Source: an uncultured virus (IMG/VR IMGVR_UViG_3300021093_000051) (Duplodnaviria > Heunggongvirae > Uroviricota > Caudoviricetes). Taken from it: a stretch of 64,000 nucleotides of DNA. The notes beneath the pieces were generated by a model, which saw only the letters and a program-made list of their open reading frames with translations, made no database searches and was not told the DNA's origin. The translations under genes were made by a program, and so were the position numbers. The DNA is taken from positions 1-64,000 of IMG/VR virus record IMGVR_UViG_3300021093_000051; one strand, written 5' to 3'. Shown piece after piece: positions 11,684 to 21,569 of this stretch (within the stretch, counting starts at the first letter, position 1; each line of letters starts with the position of its first letter).

Positions 11684-13801
11684 TTATCTTATTTGATCTA
11701 CCCTAAAGGTAAATGTAGTATCATCCATACAGATGATTTCAAAAATAGGTTTATTTAGTGATGGTGTAAAATCAAGATCATTAAAGAGTCCGATTACTAC
11801 TCCATACACACCAGTATTATTTCTATTTAATGCATCTGTGTATATCTTAAAGTCAAATGTTCCTGGAATGATTTCATCCTCTATCACCAATCGAAGGACC
11901 TGCCCTTTTTTCCATCTAACCATTGAATCATCTATGTATAATGATAGGTCCGATGTTAGAATAGTTGGAATGGTCGCGTTTTGATGAACAAAATAATTGG
12001 TAAATGTTCCTAGGGTTAAAGTGCTGTTCGTAGCAATATTAGTTAATGACCCATTTGCGATATTGTACTGCTGATTGATATTTACTACTCGTACCCTATT
12101 TGGTATGCTGCGATCAATCACGATACCTTCACCAGGTCGTATTCCGTCTAGGTCGTATGAGACTACGATATTTGTATCTCCAGCAATAATTGAGTTGATC
12201 TTAGAATTAGTATTATCAATCATTGCAACTAATTCTCCAGTGTTACTAAATATCGCTTGATTTGCGATTAGAGAAGTCTCTAGGTTTGATACCCTAGTCA
12301 AGATCTCGCTCGAATCAATTGAGTTTACTAGAAGATCTTTGATTGAGTTTACCTGCTGTTGTAGAGCTTCTAACTCAAGCAATTTATTTGAAAAAGTTGT
12401 CTGTAATTGGGTAAACTTGGTCAAGACATCAGTAAATAGTTCTAGTGAAAAAGTAGAGTAGTCATTTATTGATTTTTCGACCTTTGTGTCCTCAATTGAA
12501 GTATCTAATTTAAGATTTAACTTAAATGAAAAAGAGTTTCCATTGGTTTTACTTATTGGGTCTGGCTTGTATTTTGTGATCGGTGGGATCGCAAACTCAA
12601 GGCCGCTCTGTTGGATCTTATCTAGGAATAATACACCGTACAAGTTAGTCTTGAAATCGATTGGGTTTCCATTGGAGTCCAAGTTGTTTGGATCGTATGT
12701 ATCATAATAGACAAGCACAGCATTGAATTCAAAATCACGATTAGCTACGTAATCGTTAAATTGTGAAAATACTTTTATCTCTGGATTTTCACTAGCTAGT
12801 TTATAATTAGCTAAGTCAAAATCGATTGAGATACCATCAAGTGTGGATCTTTGATATTCAACTATAGTTGGTCCGAGAGTCTTTTTAATGAACTGATCAG
12901 AAGCAACGTAATATTGGTTTGAACCGTTATTATCAGTATAGTATGAGTTATTTATGGTACCAGTAAACCAATTACCTGGAGCATATGCTCCAGCCAAAGT
13001 ATTTTTGATTTGAGTGTTGACGCTCGCATCGTCTAGATCATAAAACGCTTTTAGCGTCAACCCAAAGGGATGGGTCTCGTTATAGTGACGACCGGAAAGA
13101 TATTCTACGTCTAGAGGAGCAGCTAAAGTATTAGCGATCGTCATTCCAGGTTTGTAGTTATCGTCCTTTATTGATTTAAACAAGACGTGTGGAGTGGTTC
13201 CTACATTTGTTGGAACGTGTATATACACTTCAGTGTAAGAGTTTTCGCTAGAAGAAAGAGTATTTACTACGTCGATATCGCCGACGTATTTTACTACTCG
13301 ATTATAGGTAGAATTGGTTTCTGGTTTTTCAACAAAGCGGTACTCAGTATGATCTACTGGATCGACTGGTAGATTGGCTGAGTTTTTTTCTAGGGCATTT
13401 GCGTCTTGAAATCGAATCGCACCAGTCTCCTTTAGCCATTTCCAAAAAACTCTCTCAGATACTGTTAGTCTCTCATTCTTTTTATATGTAGGTCGACTTA
13501 ATAATAATGCTTCTAGGTTTAGTGCATAGTTTTGAAAATTCTCCGCTAAGTTTACGTTATTATCAGGATTAAGACCCTCAATTATTGGCGATTCACCGGC
13601 TGCCGCGAACTGTATCTTATTGTCTGTCGCTAACGTGTTTGGAGTACCTATCTCAGGAATCCTAAGTAGCACAAACTTGGAAAATCTAACAGCGTTCTCG
13701 CTATTAGCTAGGGTGATATTTATGTCTTCAAGCGCGCTTTGGAAATTATAAAATATTCCTTTCTTGTCCTGAACTGGCTTAATTAACGGAGTTACTGCCA
13801 T
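11684..13801 (-). CDS. Virion structural protein, 705 aa
   Basis: Long ORF tightly packed in the late operon; coiled-coil segment near the C-terminus. Confidence 0.55.
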   Translation of the reverse strand: MAVTPLIKPVQDKKGIFYNFQSALEDINITLANSENAVRFSKFVLLRIPEIGTPNTLATDNKIQFAAAGESPIIEGLNPDNNVNLAENFQNYALNLEALLLSRPTYKKNERLTVSERVFWKWLKETGAIRFQDANALEKNSANLPVDPVDHTEYRFVEKPETNSTYNRVVKYVGDIDVVNTLSSSENSYTEVYIHVPTNVGTTPHVLFKSIKDDNYKPGMTIANTLAAPLDVEYLSGRHYNETHPFGLTLKAFYDLDDASVNTQIKNTLAGAYAPGNWFTGTINNSYYTDNNGSNQYYVASDQFIKKTLGPTIVEYQRSTLDGISIDFDLANYKLASENPEIKVFSQFNDYVANRDFEFNAVLVYYDTYDPNNLDSNGNPIDFKTNLYGVLFLDKIQQSGLEFAIPPITKYKPDPISKTNGNSFSFKLNLKLDTSIEDTKVEKSINDYSTFSLELFTDVLTKFTQLQTTFSNKLLELEALQQQVNSIKDLLVNSIDSSEILTRVSNLETSLIANQAIFSNTGELVAMIDNTNSKINSIIAGDTNIVVSYDLDGIRPGEGIVIDRSIPNRVRVVNINQQYNIANGSLTNIATNSTLTLGTFTNYFVHQNATIPTILTSDLSLYIDDSMVRWKKGQVLRLVIEDEIIPGTFDFKIYTDALNRNNTGVYGVVIGLFNDLDFTPSLNKPIFEIICMDDTTFTFRVDQIR

Positions 13802-13819
13802 TTAATTTTTCTTTTTTTA

Positions 13820-14773
13820 TTAGAATATCGAAGTTCCGACTAGGCTAGTAGCAAGAAGACGGTCATCGTTATTTACATCAATTATGTAATTGAAAGTTAC
13901 GCTAGTTCCATAAGATTCAATCGTAGACGAGATGGGAACTCCAACTGAATTGACGTTATCATGTAGTACGATTGAGTTAGTAGTACTCAAGTTGGTTCCA
14001 GCAAGAAATTTTACTGGTATTGCTGCTGTCTGCACAGCTGGATTAATTATGGTTGAAAAAGCAAATGAATCAATCACGTCTGCTAAATAGATCGTAAACT
14101 TAGTATTTTGTGCTGGCGGATTTGTTGCATCAAAGTCAATGATCACGTTAAACTCACTGATGTTTGCGTCAATTGATCCGACGCCATCGTATACTGGAGT
14201 CGGATCCGGCGCAGTCGATGCTTTTAGAGTAAGAAATATGTTTTGTCTAGAAGTATCAGTCAGTGTGATCGTGGCTTCAGCTGGTGTACCGATTGTTCCT
14301 GTCCAAAGCAGGTCAGCTTGTACTAATTCCTTAGATTCAATTACGCTAGAATTAATTGTGACTGGTGCATTAAAATCAACAGTTCCGTTAATTGTTGCAA
14401 TAGTCGCAACAGTTAGGTCATTTAGAGTAACAATATCAAAACCGGCTGAGATGTTGGTAATCAAACGATCTACTGTAAGGATGGACTCGTTACTGATGTT
14501 TTTAGCGAGAGTAGCAATGATCGTTGGCGTCGGTGAACCCGTCTGGTAGATCAGGCCGGTGTCCTGTAAGATGACGGTGTCCGCTTTTAAATAATTGATT
14601 GGAGTGTCTGTGCCAATTGACTTATTTGTGACGTCTATTTCAAGATCATTTATTAGATCTTCAAGCTCAGCTTGAAGAAGCAAGGTGTTTGCGTTAGTTA
14701 TAGTAGCAATGTCGGTAACAAAATTAGTCAATAGCATCTGCTGAATGGGCAGCGAAATCGGCGTAAACGGCAT
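13820..14773 (-). CDS. Putative structural protein (Thr/Ile-rich, beta-rich), 317 aa
   Basis: ORF preceded by late-promoter motif ATAAATAACTAA at 14789-14800 (minus). Confidence 0.55.
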   Translation of the reverse strand: MPFTPISLPIQQMLLTNFVTDIATITNANTLLLQAELEDLINDLEIDVTNKSIGTDTPINYLKADTVILQDTGLIYQTGSPTPTIIATLAKNISNESILTVDRLITNISAGFDIVTLNDLTVATIATINGTVDFNAPVTINSSVIESKELVQADLLWTGTIGTPAEATITLTDTSRQNIFLTLKASTAPDPTPVYDGVGSIDANISEFNVIIDFDATNPPAQNTKFTIYLADVIDSFAFSTIINPAVQTAAIPVKFLAGTNLSTTNSIVLHDNVNSVGVPISSTIESYGTSVTFNYIIDVNNDDRLLATSLVGTSIF

Positions 14774-14802
14774 AATTAATTAATTATTTTAGTTATTTAT
14801 TA

Positions 14803-17800
14803 TTAGGCAACTGAGTTCTTTATTAAGTTGTTTTTCCTAACATTGAGACGATCTTCGATCTCAAGGGAATATTGCACTTTATTTAAAACTCTGATAAAAT
14901 TTTGTACTGAGTTTTCGTAATTTGTTTCACGATTATCAGTCACAGTCACTTTAAGTGAAAAATTGCCAATGTCCTTGAACTTCCAAATAAAGAAAGGAAC
15001 TGATTTTACTCTAATGACTTCTTCACCAGTCACGACATTAGTTAAAGACCAGATAAAATCGTTTTTTCCATCTAGGTTATTAATAACGAAAAAGACTATT
15101 CCGTTCTCAGGCACGGCAAAGGTGTCTTTAAATAGCTTGATGTCGTTGACATTAAACACGTTTTGATCAATAGTAGTCGGTATGAATCCATATTGTGTGT
15201 TATTATCAAAATACCAATAATCGTCTACCCAAAAGTTAGGATTTTGCATGTTTCCAGAGAGAACATCACCAGTCTTTGCGAAAACAAAGAGGTTTTCTTC
15301 CTCAAACGAGGGATAATTAGCTATTAGATGATTGACTAAGCTTTGCGAAAACACTTTTTTAGGAGTAAAATAGGTGTATGCATCGCCGGTCACAGTTGCA
15401 CCAGAATAGCTGATCGTGTGATATAGTTCCTTGCTTAAGAACTTTGCTTGAGCATGGATGTCAGTTCCGTCAATAACCGCATATCTAAATAGACTTATTC
15501 CAGGATGAATGCTTGCATTCATGATGGTACAAAGGTCATCAAGACTAGTAAATGCAGGTATCACGTATGGAGTAAATAATGAGATCTTAATAGTATCACC
15601 AGCAGTAGGAGTAAAGAAGTAGAAACCGGCTTCAAAATCATCAACGTGCACAAAGCTATTTAGTCTCATCCAATAGAGTGAGCCTACTTCAATGTCTCTA
15701 AAATCCTTTAGTGTGATTGGAGTATCGTTTTCACCAAGGCCCCAATATCTTTTTTTAGGATGATTCTGTAGAGGATCGGTGTATGCAACATATGCTGCAG
15801 TGTCTACATCATAGAGATCAGCATCATAGATGTTTTGGCCCAGTCCGTATTGATTTGAGAAAAAGGCTCCCCATTCAGTAAGATTCTTGTATAAGTTTAT
15901 CTTTATTGCAGAATCCTCGTTATCAAGCACGTTTATTTTTGGATAGTAAAGCGGTGATGCGCCGAAATCTCTTAACTGTACGTTACTTAAGTTTTTAATT
16001 GAGTATTCAAACTTGTCCTCTAGTCTAGAAAAGGCCACTATTTCAGGTCGCATCTGATCAGAGACTTGGACGAAATTTGAAAAGACGCTCACATTACCGC
16101 AAAAGTCATATAGCTCAATCGTGATGCGATACTTGCCAGCAAATGGTAAAAAATGAGGCAGCTCGTATAGGTCAACTGTGCGTCCCCTGTGTTCAAAGTT
16201 ATAGGGGTTTGGTCCAGGTTTAGTTATCTTCCAGTTGATCTCATAATAGTTTCTAAAATCTATATTCTCAAGGGTCCAATATGGGCCTATTCCTGGCGCA
16301 ATCTCATCCAGATCATCTAATCTTACTCCCCTAACATCATTTAGGGTAAGCTTATCGATATTTGCACTAAGTACCACTGGTGCTGCTATCACTCGTTGAG
16401 GATCGTCACCGTATTCCCAGCTCAGTCGAGCATTCAGGTTTGGAAATCTCTGATCCCTAATGTTTTCATAGAATTCGGTGATGTAGTCAATCATGCCTGG
16501 AATCTCAGGTCGAGAATAACGCTGTTGATTTGAAAACGGATTGGTCTCAGTATCATTGAATCTGACCACTCCAAAGTCTACACCATTGGGATCTGCTTGT
16601 CGATACAGTGGATCTAGTGACCTAAGCACAAGATTGGTGTTTTCTCCTGGATACACCCCTATCTCTACTGACTCATTAAGCTGATAGTCTCGAATTATGG
16701 TAGAATCAGGCCAGTAATTAATAGTTAGTTTTTGAAAATAGATGAATTCTCCGATCACGTCCTTTATCTTAACGTTAATCGGAAGGATCTCATTCTTTAG
16801 TTTTTTCTCAAGCAAGTTTAACTTGTAGAATATCTCGTTTACAGTAAAATCAGTAGTCTCCTCTATTAAGGGTATTCCATCATCATCAAACTCACCGGTA
16901 ACCCGAGTAAACTCGTAAACTAGAGCTAGAAATTCAGTCTTTTTAAATTGCTTACCCGACTTAAGGTTGCTGTTTCGATCGACTAGGTCCAACGACTGAA
17001 TCTTACCGTCGTCTAGATAGTCGGTGATATCCACCATTGCTAGTTTGTTAAAGTATGCTGAGCTCGAATTGATGTTTTGCCAGTATTCCTTTACTTTTAG
17101 CAGGTCTCGGTATCCCAACATGTTAACAAAATTAATGAGTCCGCGATAAGTACCTATGTATGGATAGATCTCTTCCTTAGTGACTAGAAGCTGTTTTCTT
17201 GCCTTGTTTAAGGCATCCATGTCGGGAAATGCCTCCTTAATATCGTAGTTTTTAAGGATATTCGCGTCCTCCCGTAAGAACCTGATTCCAAAGTTTTGGG
17301 CCCATACTCTAAACCTGTCCTCCTCTTCAATCCCTTCACCATACACGTCAAGCATGGCGATGGTGGTCTCAGTTGACCCATCGACAAGTTTGATTAAGAG
17401 TCGTCTTTCGTATGCGATCTCAGTGGTTGGACTAAATGCGATGTTTACTTGTAAAGGTAATTTTATGTCTAACGGAGCTGGGCTATTTGAAAGATCAGAA
17501 TGGGAAAAAGTTACTAAGTCTGTCTTATTAATGAAATTTTCAAGTAGAGTGGTGTCTCGGACAACGTCATAGAAAAATACTTCATCGCTGTTCTTAGCGT
17601 CCTCCCAAACAAACTTTAGGGATTCTCCTTGAGCAAGGGTAGGAAACTTATAGTTATTTGCGGAGATCTTTTCAAGCAAAAATAGGTTTTCGTTATCGAA
17701 AAGATACACTGAGATGTTTTTAAAGAATATCCTACCTTTCCATACTGAATCAGTATTATCATGTAGAAAGTTTAAGTTCTTTCCAAACTTATCGAAAAAG

Positions 17801-17820
17801 TTTAAATTTTGAACATTCAT
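14803..17820 (-). CDS. Putative baseplate wedge-type structural protein, 1005 aa
   Basis: Late promoter upstream; YIGTYRGLINFVNMLGY...VKEYW segment typical of baseplate wedge proteins; C-terminal PKD-like motif (GNFSLKVTVTD). Confidence 0.5.
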   Translation of the reverse strand: MNVQNLNFFDKFGKNLNFLHDNTDSVWKGRIFFKNISVYLFDNENLFLLEKISANNYKFPTLAQGESLKFVWEDAKNSDEVFFYDVVRDTTLLENFINKTDLVTFSHSDLSNSPAPLDIKLPLQVNIAFSPTTEIAYERRLLIKLVDGSTETTIAMLDVYGEGIEEEDRFRVWAQNFGIRFLREDANILKNYDIKEAFPDMDALNKARKQLLVTKEEIYPYIGTYRGLINFVNMLGYRDLLKVKEYWQNINSSSAYFNKLAMVDITDYLDDGKIQSLDLVDRNSNLKSGKQFKKTEFLALVYEFTRVTGEFDDDGIPLIEETTDFTVNEIFYKLNLLEKKLKNEILPINVKIKDVIGEFIYFQKLTINYWPDSTIIRDYQLNESVEIGVYPGENTNLVLRSLDPLYRQADPNGVDFGVVRFNDTETNPFSNQQRYSRPEIPGMIDYITEFYENIRDQRFPNLNARLSWEYGDDPQRVIAAPVVLSANIDKLTLNDVRGVRLDDLDEIAPGIGPYWTLENIDFRNYYEINWKITKPGPNPYNFEHRGRTVDLYELPHFLPFAGKYRITIELYDFCGNVSVFSNFVQVSDQMRPEIVAFSRLEDKFEYSIKNLSNVQLRDFGASPLYYPKINVLDNEDSAIKINLYKNLTEWGAFFSNQYGLGQNIYDADLYDVDTAAYVAYTDPLQNHPKKRYWGLGENDTPITLKDFRDIEVGSLYWMRLNSFVHVDDFEAGFYFFTPTAGDTIKISLFTPYVIPAFTSLDDLCTIMNASIHPGISLFRYAVIDGTDIHAQAKFLSKELYHTISYSGATVTGDAYTYFTPKKVFSQSLVNHLIANYPSFEEENLFVFAKTGDVLSGNMQNPNFWVDDYWYFDNNTQYGFIPTTIDQNVFNVNDIKLFKDTFAVPENGIVFFVINNLDGKNDFIWSLTNVVTGEEVIRVKSVPFFIWKFKDIGNFSLKVTVTDNRETNYENSVQNFIRVLNKVQYSLEIEDRLNVRKNNLIKNSVA

Positions 17821-17862
17821 TAGGACCGGATGACTTTAGGTTATTTATTAGATTGGATAACT

Positions 17863-18261
17863 TTATATGCTATATACTGAATTTTCTCCGCTAGTACTTA
17901 TTGAGATGAATTCTAGAGTATCGTCTGCGTCAAGCCCAGTCTTTTTGTGGATCTTTTTCCACTCTTTAGCATAACCGTTTTTGCAGATCTGGGTAAAATA
18001 AGCGAAAGCGTTTGGAGAGATCATCTTGGTCTCATCAAAGCTCTTCCAATACTTTAAGCAGTCTAGGATAGCTGACTGGATGCAGTCTTCCCGATCTCGA
18101 TAATCCTTAAAGTAAAGTCGATCCGCTGCTCGGTTTGCAAGAGAGATAAAACAGTCTACTGAAAATTTTGAGAGCTCACCCGTCTTTTTACACTCAATGA
18201 TGTCTGCTGTGAATTCTCTATTATTGATATAATGGGTGTCCCCTTTCTTTTTTCTAGCCAT
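17863..18261 (-). CDS. Late-transcription sigma factor, T4 gp55-like
   Basis: HYINNREF...DREDCIQSAILDCLKYWKSFD...NAFAYFTQICKNGY matches the gp55 family pattern. Confidence 0.85.
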   Translation of the reverse strand: MARKKKGDTHYINNREFTADIIECKKTGELSKFSVDCFISLANRAADRLYFKDYRDREDCIQSAILDCLKYWKSFDETKMISPNAFAYFTQICKNGYAKEWKKIHKKTGLDADDTLEFISISTSGENSVYSI

Positions 18262-18271
18262 TTATGCTTGA

Positions 18272-18931
18272 TTATTTTGAAAGCTGATAGATCTTTACTA
18301 TTCCTAGCACAGAGTCTACCATGTCAATTACGGGAGAGAGTATTTTGTCTCCCTGGACTATCCATTTCTCAGTATTTACTGCTTGATACAAGTCAGAGCT
18401 CTTTATTGATTCTATTTGGGGCTCGCTCTTAAATTGATTAAATACGTCCATTTTATTAGAGTTACCCTTGCAGCCAATAGCGTTTTTAAGCTCGCTAGGA
18501 CTAAAGATAAAGAGTCGGTCTGCGCTGTTTTTTAGCACCCGAGTTAAGAGTTCATGTTTTAAGATTCCTGTTGATTGTGAGATATCGACTAGTGAGTTTC
18601 CTTTTGATCCAAATGAGATTCCTTCGATTGCAACGATGACTTCATCGTCGCCTACTTCAAGTAAAAGTTCAGTAATGATTTTAGAGATTAGTTCTTGATA
18701 ATTTATCAGTTTTACACGTTCTGTTATGTGATACTCTGGATGAGTCTTTCTGACCGTGTCAGTCTTTTCAATTTTTATGTTAGGGTAGTTCCTTACAAGA
18801 TAGTCTAGGTTTTCTTGATCCGCTTTTCTGATCTTGGTGTTTACTACCGAGAGCCACTTAAACTCTTTAAAATCCTTACAAATACAAATACCCGGATAGA
18901 GTATTGAAAAATCGATACTGACAATGGTCAT
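18272..18931 (-). CDS. RuvC-like (RNase H fold) Holliday junction resolvase
   Basis: N-terminal IVSIDFSILYPG, central IEGISFGSKG, SPSELKNAIG.KGN and C-terminal DMVDS acidic motifs. Confidence 0.75.
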   Translation of the reverse strand: MTIVSIDFSILYPGICICKDFKEFKWLSVVNTKIRKADQENLDYLVRNYPNIKIEKTDTVRKTHPEYHITERVKLINYQELISKIITELLLEVGDDEVIVAIEGISFGSKGNSLVDISQSTGILKHELLTRVLKNSADRLFIFSPSELKNAIGCKGNSNKMDVFNQFKSEPQIESIKSSDLYQAVNTEKWIVQGDKILSPVIDMVDSVLGIVKIYQLSK

Positions 18932-19011
18932 TCATGACTGATAATTTTTAAAACCTGATAGTATTGTACTTAGGATCCTTTAAGAGTTTTTACCTGCTAG
19001 ATAATATTTAT

Positions 19012-19179
19012 CTAGAATTCAAAACCAAAATTAAGTAACATGATTCGAAATTTTCGACCCTCTATCTTAAAAGATAAATTAAGTTCTAATTCAAATACAG
19101 TTATCTTACCTAATCGTACAGTTATGTTATACTTTCTCTTTTTATTACCACTCTTCCAAGAATTTATCCAATTAACCAT
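19012..19179 (-). CDS. Small late protein, 55 aa (MVNWINSWKSGNKKRKYNITVRLGKITVFELELNLSFKIEGRKFRIMLLNFGFEF)
   Basis: Below the ORF-track cutoff; translated by hand; ATAAATAA late motif at 19206-19213 (minus) just upstream. Confidence 0.65.
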   Translation of the reverse strand: MVNWINSWKSGNKKRKYNITVRLGKITVFELELNLSFKIEGRKFRIMLLNFGFEF

Positions 19180-19218
19180 CTTAATTTATTATTTTCTATT
19201 TTTTTTTATTTATTCAAT

Positions 19219-19247
19219 AAAACCCATTAGCTTTACGCAAGTATAAT
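19219..19247 (+). promoter_or_regulatory. Putative early/middle promoter AAAAC-N17-GTATAAT
   Basis: AAAACCCATTAGCTTTACGCAAGTATAAT; the same architecture recurs upstream of several non-structural genes. Confidence 0.55.
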
Positions 19248-19393
19248 AGGGATGGTGGGTGGGAGTACTTTATAGTACTATCATAGTAAATATTACTTCT
19301 ATTCTTACTTACTTAATTACTATAAAGATACTTTAGTAGTACTCGCGCACGGAAAATTTTTAAAGTAGGAAAAAAAAAGAGTACTATAACCCT

Positions 19394-20341
19394 ATGAGAC
19401 TAGGATATTGTTGTATAAATCTAAGCCTGAAGGATCAGGGAATTAGTACTAATCGAGGTATGATACGTAAGACTTTTGATGAAAAAGGGCTTAACTATGT
19501 CAGCGAGCTCATCATACAGAACCTATCGGACTTGATCACAATACTTAATTGGAATTGGTCAAATGGGATTTTTGTGTATCGTATGTCAAGCGATCTCTTT
19601 CCATGGATGAGCGAGTATCAACTTGAAGAACTTCCTAAGTATGACGTGATCAGCAAGCTTGCAGCGGTCGTTGGCGAAACTGTCTCCATTGCAGGCATGC
19701 GGATCTCCTTTCATCCAGGACAGTTTGATGTGTTGGCTTCACCGAATCCAAACGTGGTCGACAAGACCATCTATGACTTGGATCAGCACGCTCGTATCAT
19801 GGATCTTATGGGTTTACCTCAAGACCATCGAGCTCCGATCAATATTCACGTCGGCGGTTCGTATGGTGACAAGGTGACTGCAATGGAACGTTTTTGTGAA
19901 AACTTCAAAAGCCTTGCCCCCTCTACTCAAGCTAGGTTAGTGGTCGAAAACGACGATAAGGCTAGTCAGTTCTCAGTAAAAGACCTTTATTATGGCGTCT
20001 ATCGAGTTGTGGGGTGCCCAATCACCTTCGATCACCTACACCACCGTTTCTGTACAGGCGATCTTACAGCAAGCGAGGCCGCTCATTTAGCCGCCTCTAC
20101 ATGGCAAGGCTTCGTTCCAGTACAACACTATTCAAGTTCCAAAGCCTTATATGAGGACTCTACTGTGATCAATCGTTCCCATGCGGACTACGTATACGAG
20201 ACTATTCCAGACTATGGCTTTGAAGTAGACGTCGAAGTTGAGGCTAAAGCCAAAGACTTAGCTGTGTTACGTTACCTTGCTGGAGAAGGAATAGTAGAGG
20301 AAGAACTTAAATTTCAATTTGAAGAAAATAAAAAAACCTAA
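19394..20341 (+). CDS. uvsE: UV-damage endonuclease (UvdE/UvsE)
   Basis: MRLGYCCIN, YRMSSDLFP, SFHPGQF, INIHVGG, LVVENDD, TFDHLHH, HYS, HADY, VEAKAKD motifs. Confidence 0.93.
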   Translation: MRLGYCCINLSLKDQGISTNRGMIRKTFDEKGLNYVSELIIQNLSDLITILNWNWSNGIFVYRMSSDLFPWMSEYQLEELPKYDVISKLAAVVGETVSIAGMRISFHPGQFDVLASPNPNVVDKTIYDLDQHARIMDLMGLPQDHRAPINIHVGGSYGDKVTAMERFCENFKSLAPSTQARLVVENDDKASQFSVKDLYYGVYRVVGCPITFDHLHHRFCTGDLTASEAAHLAASTWQGFVPVQHYSSSKALYEDSTVINRSHADYVYETIPDYGFEVDVEVEAKAKDLAVLRYLAGEGIVEEELKFQFEENKKT

Positions 20342-20376
20342 TTTTTATTTTTAGTTATAATAAAAAAAAACATAAA

Positions 20377-20685
20377 ATGAAAATAATCATACTGGTAGCC
20401 TTAATTTTTACTTCTTGTGGAATTAATAAATCGATAACTTGTAAACAAGATAGTTTTGTTTTAATTAAGTGGAAAAAAGCAAATAGCACGTTTGACGTCT
20501 ACTTAGAAGACTCTCTAGTCGTACAGAATATACCTTGTGACGGAACAAATAACTTATATTTACATAATTATTCTGAAGGAGAATATCTTTTCATCTTTAA
20601 AAAAGACGGGAGAGTCAACGAAAAACGAATAATTAATATTTCTTCACAGATTGACGATGAAACGAGTAGTTTGCATAAACGATAA
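20377..20685 (+). CDS. Putative lipoprotein
   Basis: MKIIILVALIFTS-C signal peptide II / lipobox; own promoter motif at ~20333-20361. Confidence 0.6.
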   Translation: MKIIILVALIFTSCGINKSITCKQDSFVLIKWKKANSTFDVYLEDSLVVQNIPCDGTNNLYLHNYSEGEYLFIFKKDGRVNEKRIINISSQIDDETSSLHKR

Positions 20686-20905
20686 GAACCAGCCCGAGGG
20701 AGCCTGTGTAGTTGAAGGAGCCGAATACCTCGTGGAAAAAGAGTACCATAATGCTCTAGACCAAAGGGTTTATATCATTAGCGGAATCAACAACGAGGGT
20801 ATCACTAAGATGGGTATGCGGTGGATCGGATATGATTCATCCAGGTTTAGAGTAACAGAAGACTCTAAATCAACTAAGAAAGAATATGAATTTGCATTAA
20901 ATTAA
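20657..20905 (+). CDS. Hypothetical protein
   Basis: ORF; likely ATG start at 20657 (MKRVVCIND). Confidence 0.6.
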   Translation: MKRVVCINDKNQPEGACVVEGAEYLVEKEYHNALDQRVYIISGINNEGITKMGMRWIGYDSSRFRVTEDSKSTKKEYEFALN

Positions 20906-20908
20906 AAA

Positions 20909-21418
20909 ATGGGAACCAATTATTACAGAATACCAAAGGTCGCTGAGATGGAGGCTAAAAAAGAAAAGCTTGCTCAGCGATTACAAGAACTAGACATGAG
21001 TCTAGGAACGATTGAGAGAGGCTTTTGCACTTTAGAAAATAGTGAATCTTCCTGGAGCCATCACTCACCGTGGTCAGAGTTTTTAGAGGACACAAGCATT
21101 CACTTAGGTAAAAGAAGCATGGGTTGGAAGTTCTGTTGGAACTTTCACAATAAGAAATACTATGGAAACAGGGACGAACTATTAGATTTTATTCGTACCG
21201 GTCGAGTCGTAGACGAATACGGAACGGAACAAAAAGTTGAAGAATTCATTAAGATGGCTCTTGAATGGGGCCAACCTGATGGATTCATCAATGGTCCTGA
21301 ATACATCAAACACATGAAAAAAGAAGGTTACTATCGAGACTATGGATATGATGTCACAAAACATTTTGACCAGCTCATCGATGGGCTTAGAGTATCGTCC
21401 TCAACTGAATTTAGCTAA
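20909..21418 (+). CDS. Hypothetical phage protein (MGTNYY...IHLGKRSMGWKF family)
   Basis: Tightly packed ORF; motif pattern common among phage hypothetical proteins. Confidence 0.65.
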   Translation: MGTNYYRIPKVAEMEAKKEKLAQRLQELDMSLGTIERGFCTLENSESSWSHHSPWSEFLEDTSIHLGKRSMGWKFCWNFHNKKYYGNRDELLDFIRTGRVVDEYGTEQKVEEFIKMALEWGQPDGFINGPEYIKHMKKEGYYRDYGYDVTKHFDQLIDGLRVSSSTEFS

Positions 21419-21419
21419 G

Positions 21420-21569
21420 ATGGCACACATTAGTTTTTTAGCATATAAGTTAGCATCAATCACTGATTATCAGATCACATCGCTTAAACCAACTTCTGTT
21501 GACCTTGATCAAGCCCAAAGGATGTTTGATTTACATGTCGATAAAAATTACAAAGAAAATGGAAATTAA
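21420..21569 (+). CDS. Small hypothetical protein, 49 aa
   Basis: ATG 1 nt after the upstream stop; fills the gap to the next gene. Confidence 0.45.
   Translation: MAHISFLAYKLASITDYQITSLKPTSVDLDQAQRMFDLHVDKNYKENGN

Noticed and set aside
2048..18698. Many short plus-strand ORFs inside the large minus-strand genes (and similar antisense ORFs elsewhere, e.g. 63162-63479)
   Set aside because: Antisense shadows of long, motif-bearing genes; no independent signals.
19040..19246. 68-aa plus-strand ORF from the track
   Set aside because: Shadow of a better minus-strand 55-aa ORF (19012-19179) that has a late promoter; it also overlaps promoter motifs.
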